A stretch of DNA of 64,000 nucleotides from Eledone cirrhosa. Taxonomy: Eukaryota. A program made the translations under genes and the position numbers. The stretch is from assembly GCA_964016885.1 (NCBI GenBank), contig OZ024751.1, positions 22,320,001 to 22,384,000 of the forward strand. The letters are read 5' to 3'. The notes below the pieces were generated by a model. That model made no database searches. It was not told the origin of the DNA and worked only from the letters and a program-made list of their open reading frames with translations. Shown here in pieces: positions 56,199-64,000 of the stretch (its first letter is position 1; each line of letters starts with the position of its first letter).

Positions 56199-56243
56199 AA
56201 CGGTGCTGATGATAGCTAACAAGCTTGAAACTAGTACATCGTT
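56199..56243 (+). ncRNA. Minimal type I hammerhead, copy 2
   Basis: Identical to copy 1; predicted cut after 56236. Confidence 0.8.
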
Positions 56244-56556
56244 CCTGTGTCAGTGTTGAACAAAAAGGTGACGTGGTTGCCTTAACACCGTATGGCATAA
56301 ATTCAGGCTGTTCAGTTTGTTTACAAACGAACAAAGCGACGTTAGCGCCGCTAAACTGATACGTGCATATATGTATGTGTACCTGTATGCATATGTATGT
56401 ATATATGTATATATATATATATATGTGCATGCTACTGTACGTCTGTATACATATATGTATGTACGTATACATGCATACTTACATTTAAGTAAGTGCCATA
56501 CTAAGAGTGAGAAATGAAATTTCGTTTTCATTTTGTTTCAATTTATATATAAATAT

Positions 56557-56623
<67 letters not shown>

Positions 56624-56662
56624 AATATATATATAAATAAATATATATATAAATAAATATAT

Positions 56663-56716
<54 letters not shown>

Positions 56717-56829
56717 GCAAAAGTTCTATTTAAATTGTTGGGATACAACAAGCAAATATTTTTATAACTGATATAAAGCACTCAACAAGTATTTGGAGTA
56801 AACATACGATATTAACAAATGGTATATAT

Positions 56830-56864
<35 letters not shown>

Positions 56865-56914
56865 AATATATATATAAATATATATATGTATATAAATATA
56901 TATATATATATGTG

Positions 56915-57545
56915 GGTTCTATAGAAGTGGTTGATAACTTCCGGTACCTAGGTGATCAGATTAACATGGGAGGGGGGTGTTCCGAGGCCATAGTATCTAG
57001 AATGAGAATGGGTTGGAAGAAGTTTAGGGAGCTGCTTCCTCTGTTGACAAAGAAGAGTTTCTCCCTGCGTATGAAAGGACAGTTATATGATGCCTGTATA
57101 AGATGCGCGATGCTGCATGGTAGTGAGACATGGGCAGCAACTACAGAGGATATGCGATGACAGGAGAGAAATGAAGCAAGCATGCTCCGTTGGATGTGCA
57201 ATGTCAATGTGCATGAACAACCAAACATAGATGAGCTGAGAAAGAAACTGGGTATAAGAGGGATAAGTTGTGGTGTGCAGGAGAGAAGACTGAGATGGTA
57301 TGGACATGTGATGCACATGGAGGATGACCGCTGGGTAAAGAAGTGCCAAGAAATCCCAGTAGAAGGAAGACGCAGTAGAGGATGACCACGAAAAACATGG
57401 GCAGAGGTGGTGAGAACAGACCTCAGATCACTGAAACTCACCGAGGAGGTGACGAAGGACCTGTGGCAAGTGGAAAGATTCTGTGCTGAATAGGATCTGT
57501 CCCACCCTTGCAAGCAGGGAAAAGCAGACGTATGATGATGATGAT
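56915..57545 (+). mobile_element. RTE LINE 3' fragment with stops
   Basis: Same family as 32650-33295: IEVVDNFRYLGD..HGSETW..RLRWYGHV. Confidence 0.92.
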
Positions 57546-57717
57546 ATATATATATATATATAGAAATGGAAGTTCAGCATAATCAAAGCTCTGGCTGCAG
57601 TTAAGCTAACGAATGCAATCAGAATGTGCATCTAAGCACTCAATAAGGTATTTTACCTTAGAGTAATAACATTACGTTTAGACAGTTTTGCAAATATATA
57701 TAAATATATATATATAT

Positions 57718-58097
57718 GAAGGCACATGGCTTAGTGGTTAGAGCATTGGCCTTGCAATCGAAAGGTTTTGAGTTCAATTCTCAGACCGGGTGATGTGTTG
57801 TTTCCTTGAGCAATTGCTCAAGTTTATTCAGCTGTAGAAATGAGATGATAGGGACTGGGGTCCCTATCATTCCACTGCAAAGTGGTCGTGGAGGTGCCAT
57901 GGCAAAAAAAGCACCCAGCCCACACTGTAAAGTGGACGTGTAGGCACCACGGAATAAAAAGCACCCAGCACTCACTCTAAATGAGGTTGGTGTTAGGAAG
58001 GGCATCCAGCTGTAGAAATCAAGCCAGAATCAGTTCCTGTCCCACCCTTGCAAGCAGGTAAAAGCGGACGTAAATTATGATGATGATGATGATGATG
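57718..58097 (+). mobile_element. SINE family A
   Basis: Matches 127-460 with one extra internal repeat. Confidence 0.85.
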
Positions 58098-58363
58098 ATA
58101 TATATATATACTCTGGCTGCTGTATTTCACCTTTAAATCAATCATCACGACAGACATGGAAATCCAAGGAATGGATCTGTATGCTACAATGGTTGACCAT
58201 GGACTCCAGAGCTCAAACTTTGACAATGCTTCACCACTGCCTCAAGACATCGTATGACTCACAATGTAGAAGATTTATACTGCTTTATGTTAACTAATAA
58301 ATCAGTTTATTCGAGCATCAAATTTTCCCTTCAGTTATAAACACACACACAAACACACACAAA

Positions 58364-58394
<31 letters not shown>

Positions 58395-58879
58395 ACAAAC
58401 ATACGTACATACAAACACAGAGACACACACTCAGAGAATTTTCTTGTTTTCAATCTATGAGGCTAAGAGGCAGTTGTTTAAGTGGAGGGTCCTGGAAGGA
58501 AATTAACAGATGTTTAAAAGCAAGAATGTGAGATCAAGTGGAATCTAAAGACATACAATCTTCAATGAAGTGACAATATTAAAGATAAATATAATATAAA
58601 TATATGGCTTAAAAGGGATTGACCAATCTGATGCTTGTATAAAATGGACATGACATTATCATCACCATCATTCCCATCATCACCACCACCATCACCCTTA
58701 TCATCACCACCACCATCACCTTTATCCTCATTATCCCCATACTCATCATCATGGCCATCACCATCACCATCACCATCATCTTCATCATCATCATCATTAT
58801 TTGAAACGTCCATCTTTAGTTTTCCTATAATCTATAACTTTGAATTACTGTATTTTTACTCATGTACGCATGTATTTAC

Positions 58880-59570
58880 AATGCGTGTGTGCTTATGTGT
58901 GTGTATGTGTGTGTGCATTGTGTGTTTGTGTGCTTATGTGTCTGTACGTTTGTGTGTTAGTGAGATTATGTGTGTGTATTGTGTACTTATGTGTCTGTAT
59001 TTGTGTGTTTGTATGCTTATGTATCTCTGTGTCTGTGTGTGTATTGTGTGCTTATGTGTCTGTATGTGTGTGTATTGTGTGTGTTTGTGTGCTTATGTGT
59101 CTGTATTGTGTGTGTTTGTGTGCTTATGTATCTCTGTGTGTGTATTGTGTGCTTATGTGTCTGTATGTGTGTGTGTATTGTGTGTGTTTGTGTGCTTATG
59201 TATGTGTGTGTGTGTGTGTGTGTGTATTGTGCTTATGTGTCTGTGTGTGTGTATTGTGCTTATGTGTCTGTATGTGTGTCTGTATTGTGTGTGTTTGTGT
59301 GCTTATGTGTTTGTGTGTTTGTGTATTGTGTGCTTATGTTCTTTAAGTGTGTATTGTGTGTGTTTATGAGCTTATGTGGCTGTATGTGCATTTGTATTGA
59401 GTGTATTTGTGTGTGTGTTTGTGTGTCTGTATGTGTATTTGTCTGTGTGTTGTGTGTTTGTGTGCTGAGTCTGTATGTGTTTGTATTGTGTGCTTATGTG
59501 TTTGTATGTATATATGTATTGTATGTGTGTGCTTATCTGTCTGTATGTGTACTTTGTGTGTGTGTGTGTG
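58880..59570. repeat. GT-rich degenerate minisatellite
   Basis: Recurring TGTGCTTATGTGTCTGT and GTATTGTG. Confidence 0.8.
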
Positions 59571-59584
59571 CATGAGGGTTTGGC

Positions 59585-60055
59585 TTATGTCCCTATAGAT
59601 ATATATGTATTATGTGCCTATAGATATATATGTATTATACCCCTATAGATATATATGTATTATGTCCCTATAGATATATATATATGTATTATGTGCCTAT
59701 AGATATATATATGTATTATGTCCCTATAGATATATATATATGTATTATGTCCCTATAGATATATATGTATTATGTCCCTATAGATATATATGTATTATGT
59801 CCCTATAGATATATATGTATTATGTCCCTATAGATATATATGTATTATGTCCCTATAGATATATATGTATTATGTCCCTATAGATATATATGTATTATGT
59901 CCCTATAGATATATATATGTATTATGTCCCTATAGATATATATGTATTATGTCCCTATAGATATATATATGTATTATGTCCCTATAGATATATATGTATT
60001 ATGTCCCTATAGATATATATGTATTATGTCCCTATAGATATATATGTATTATGTG
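59585..60055. repeat. ~25-bp minisatellite
   Basis: TATGTCCCTATAGATATATATGTAT, about 18 copies. Confidence 0.9.
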
Positions 60056-60232
60056 TCTGTATAATCATGAATGCATGTATAAATGATCTGTGAAGCTCTG
60101 TTATTCTTATACTGGTTTCAGTCAAACTATGGCCATGCTGGGGCACAAATTTCAAGAGATTTAGTCGATTGTATCAACTCCAGTGTTTATTTTTTTCACG
60201 CCTGATACTCATTCTCTGTTGTGATAATAATT

Positions 60233-60790
60233 AGTCTTATTATCTGCCGTGGTAAAAATAAGTCTTATCTGCCGTGGTAAAAATAAGTCTTATCTGCTAT
60301 GGTAAAAATAAGTCTTATCTGCTATGGTAAAAATAAGTCTTATCTGCTATGGTAAAAATAAGTCTTATCTGCTATGGTAAAAATAAGTCTTATCTGCCGT
60401 GGTAAAAATAAATCTTATCTGCTATGGTAAAAATAAGTCTTATCTGCTGTGGTAAAAATAAGTCTTATCTGCTATGGTAAAAATAAGTCTTATCTGATGT
60501 GGTAAAAATAAGTCTTATCTGCTGTGGTAAAAATAAGTCTTATCTGCTATGGTAAAAATAAGTCTTATCTGATGTGGTAAAAATAAGTCTTAACTGCTAT
60601 GGTAAAAATAAGTCTTATCTGATATGATAAAAATAAGTCTTATCTGCTATGGTAAAAATAAATCTTATCTGATATGGTAAAAATAAATCTTATCTGATAT
60701 GATAAAAATAAGTCTTATCTGATATGGTAAAAATAAATCTTATCTGCTATGGTAAAAAGAAATCTTATTCTATGCTGTGGTAAAAATAGT
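60233..60790. repeat. 25-bp minisatellite
   Basis: AGTCTTATCTGCTATGGTAAAAATA, about 22 copies. Confidence 0.9.
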
Positions 60791-60988
60791 TTCTGATTTA
60801 GGAAGAAGGGGAAAGTCGATTAAATCAACCCCAGTGTACTTACCCAAGGTACTTTATTTGATTGACCTCATAAGGATGAAAGGCAAAGTTAACCTTGGCG
60901 GGATTTGAATTCAGAACGTAAAGGGCCATAACTCAATGCCACAAAGCATGCTGTCTGACGTTCTACCGATACTGCCAACCCACCACCC
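60787..60988 (-). mobile_element. SINE family B
   Basis: GGATGAAAGGCAAAGTTAACC..GGATTTGAA..CTGCCAA. Confidence 0.8.
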
Positions 60989-61139
60989 TCTGCTGTGGTA
61001 ATAATAAGTCATGCTTCACAGAATTCTGAAGCAAACTATTAACTTCGAAGCAACTGAACTGGAACAGAAATCTTCAAGTTTAACAGAAGCAAGGTCTTCA
61101 TTGTGTGTAGTTGGGTTCGGTTGGTTGAATTTATAAGTA

Positions 61140-61762
61140 ATGGCTACATGAGTTTAAGAAATGATGGTTACTTGAGTGTAAGAAGTGGTGGCTACATGAG
61201 CAGAAGAAATCAAGGCTAAATGAGAAAGAAACAATAGCTACATGAGTGTAAGAAACAATAGCTACATGAGTGTAAGAAATGATAGCTATATAAGTGTAAG
61301 AAATAGTAGCTACATGAGCAGAAGACATGATAGCTACATGAGTGTAAGAAATGGTGTCTACATGAGCAGAAGATATGATAGCTACATGAGTGTAAGGAAT
61401 GGTGTCTACATGAGCAGAAGACATGATAGCTACATGAGTGTAAGAAATGGTGTCTACATGAGCAGAAGACATGATAGCTACATGAGTGTAAGAAATGGTG
61501 TCTACATGAGCAGAAGACATGATGGCTATATGAGTGTTAGAAATGGTGTCTACATGAGCAGAAGACATGATAGCTACATGAGTGTAAGAAATGGTATCTA
61601 CATGAGCAGAAGACATGATGGCTACATGAGTGTAAGAAATGGTGTCTGCATGAGCAGAAGACATGATGGCTACATGAGTGTAAGAAATGGTGTCTACATG
61701 AGTAGAAGACATGATGGCTACATGAGTGTAAGAAATGATAGCTACATGAGTATAAGAAATGG
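61140..61762. repeat. 48-bp (2 x 24 bp) minisatellite
   Basis: CTACATGAGCAGAAGACATGATAG alternating with CTACATGAGTGTAAGAAATGGTGT. Confidence 0.9.
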
Positions 61763-62083
61763 TGGTGGTCGGGAGCGGGAGGGGATGAGCCAAAGAGATC
61801 ACTAGATAGATATGTAGAAATATGAAAGTGTTACAATTTTTACACCAACTCACCCAAATATATACACTTTTAAACAAAACAATTTTGTATCATAAAACCA
61901 GGGGTGATTTCAGGTTGTTTGATATCAAAGGAGTTTATTAAAATGCAAGAAATTTTTAACAAGAGGGAATCAAATCATGCAGCTAAAAAATGGCTGACTG
62001 AATACATATGTTTTTTTTTTCTCAAAAATAATTTTTTAAGCTTTTTCCTCTTATTTTTATTTCCTCTTTTATTTCTAATTTTA

Positions 62084-62119
62084 TCTTCTGAAGAAGGACT
62101 ATTGCCTGAAACGTTAAGA
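62084..62119 (+). ncRNA. Minimal hammerhead motif (Penelope type)
   Basis: UCUU-CUGAAGA-AGG(ACUAUUG)CCU-GAAA-CG-UU^AAGA; the downstream ~100 bp recurs at 35430-35530. Confidence 0.6.
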
Positions 62120-63139
62120 CTCTTTTCCTACTATATCAAGCATTAATCTAATATATTTCTTCATTGTACTGTGTCATTTGCTTTGTTGTTTCTATTTACT
62201 TCTTGCATATATAAATAATGCATTACTTGTTTTACTTCTTACGTTATACTAGATTGCCACTAATTTATAATAATTAACACAGTAATTTATTATAATTAAC
62301 ACAATAATTTATTATAATTAACACAGTAATTTATTATAATTAACACAATAATTTATTATAATTAACAGTAATTAAGTTAAACTAACAGTTGCTGTATATC
62401 TTGATATCCATTCATTCTTTTCATTTCAATTTCTAAGTCTGTGTCTTGTTAATCAGCTTCTATCACAATTTCACTACAGATGGCGCTACTACAACTTAAT
62501 CTTCCCCCACACCCTCCCCACTCCTCCTCCCCCAACATGGTCTTTACTTACCATCAGTTTTCATTAAGATTTCCAATCTTTAACACCTGTCTGTTCACTT
62601 CACTTTCTTCTTCATCAGTTGTTCAAGTATTCACAAAAGTATACATACACATGACCTAACCATCACCCAGCCACCACACCACCATTCCACAACCACCACC
62701 ATACCATAACCACTACCGCCACTACCAATACAACACACTACCACAACCACCAGCACCATTACTCAACCACAACCATACAACCACCACCACCACCACCACC
62801 ACCACCACACTACCACCACTACCACAACCACCAGCACTATCACTCAACAAGCACCACCACCTCCACCATCACTCAACTCCCATACCACCCAAATATTCCC
62901 ATCAGCATTACCACCACCCAACCATCATCACCCCCACCCAACCACCATCACCAACACACAACCACCACCATCACCATTACCACTACCATCGCCGCCACAA
63001 ACACTACCACAAACACCGCCACCACCACCACCACCACCACAGTTAACAACACCACCAACCAAATGCTCCAGCATTACCACCACCATCACTGCCACCATTG
63101 CTACTAACTTCCCCCTCAACACCTCCACCAGCTCCCCCC

Positions 63140-63305
63140 CCCTCACCCCCCATCAAGCTTCGTCTACCTCCTACCCTGTCAACACCTCCACCAGTCCCCC
63201 CATCAAGCTTCGTCTACCTCCTACCCCGTCAACACCTCCACCAGCTCCCCCCTCACCCCCCATCAAGCTTCATCTACCTCCTACCCCGTCAACACCTCCA
63301 CCAGC
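63140..63305. repeat. ~50-bp C-rich tandem repeat, 3 copies
   Basis: CCCCATCAAGCTTCGTCTACCTCCTACCCCGTCAACACCTCCACCAG. Confidence 0.8.
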
Positions 63306-63877
63306 TTCATCCCCCCCCTCTTTCACTACCTCAACCAGGCTTCTTCTTCAACCCCTCTGTCACCAACAGGCTTCATCTTTCTCTCCCTAAACCTCATTTA
63401 CCTCAATCAATCAATATTTTATATTGATCTATTGCGACGTGTGATAAACAGGAGGAGTTACTTGATCTTCCACAGTGATAAATATCTAGCATGGGTCGGA
63501 TGGGAAACCTTGAGACAATGTTTTACAGCTGGATGTCTTTACTGATGCCAACTCTTTTAGTCACCTCTTCCAACATACAGGCATACAGAGTACCTATTTG
63601 AAAAGTTGAGTACTCTTATGATTAGTGGCTTCGCTGATCTCAGCACTGCAGCTCCCCTCTCTCTCTCTCTATCATCATCATCATCATCATCACCAACATC
63701 GTTTGACGTCCATCTTCCATGCTAGCATGGGTTAGACGGTTTTGTTCCATTTGATGCGGGGAATGGTTGGGTGACTGTGTCTCGCTCGTACGGAAGTATA
63801 TATATATATATATGCACAAATATATATGTACACATACATGCACACACACATATATATGTGTATATATACACACAGTG

Positions 63878-63990
63878 AAGGCGTGTGGCTGGGTGGTTAG
63901 AGAATTGGATTCACAATCTTGAGGTTGTGAGTTTGATTACCGGATCAGGTGATGCGTTATGTCCTTGAGCAAGACACTTTATTTTACATC
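63878..63990 (+). mobile_element. SINE A-like 5' part
   Basis: GGCGTGTGGCT..TGGTTAG..GTCCTTGAGCAAGACACTTT. Confidence 0.7.
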
Positions 63991-64000
63991 CTTCTGCCTG

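Larger units (their letters stand above)
55720..56546 (+). mobile_element. Retrozyme/Penelope-like element: two 361-bp direct repeats with a 466-bp period
   Basis: 55720-56080 matches 56186-56546 (their ORF translations are identical); 105-bp spacer; TA-rich flanks. Confidence 0.8.

Noticed and set aside
61131-61877. 248-aa and 187-aa repetitive ORFs
   Set aside because: A 24/48-bp minisatellite that happens to lack stops

Overview
Repeat-saturated, AT-rich animal DNA. The (TA)n/(CA)n density and the tRNA-head SINE and RTE LINE families suggest an octopus or other cephalopod; this is an inference. One host gene is supported, on the minus strand: six phase-1 exons (46337-46056, 37651-37370, 15674-15378, 14639-14310, 13881-13576, 12933-12787) splice in frame to Ig-Ig-Ig-Ig(no Cys)-FN3-TM, a nephrin/Sidestep-like IgSF receptor whose N-terminus was not found here. 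Nearly all other ORFs in the track are microsatellite artefacts or LINE fragments. The main hidden signal is about 12 complete type I hammerhead ribozyme (HHR) motifs from several unrelated families, mostly set in (TA)n. They include two identical HHRs 466 bp apart in a direct repeat (retrozyme/Penelope-like, predicting a 466-nt self-excised or circular RNA), one bidirectional HHR palindrome, and several fold-back palindromes centred on the ribozyme stem II. All folds were paired by eye.
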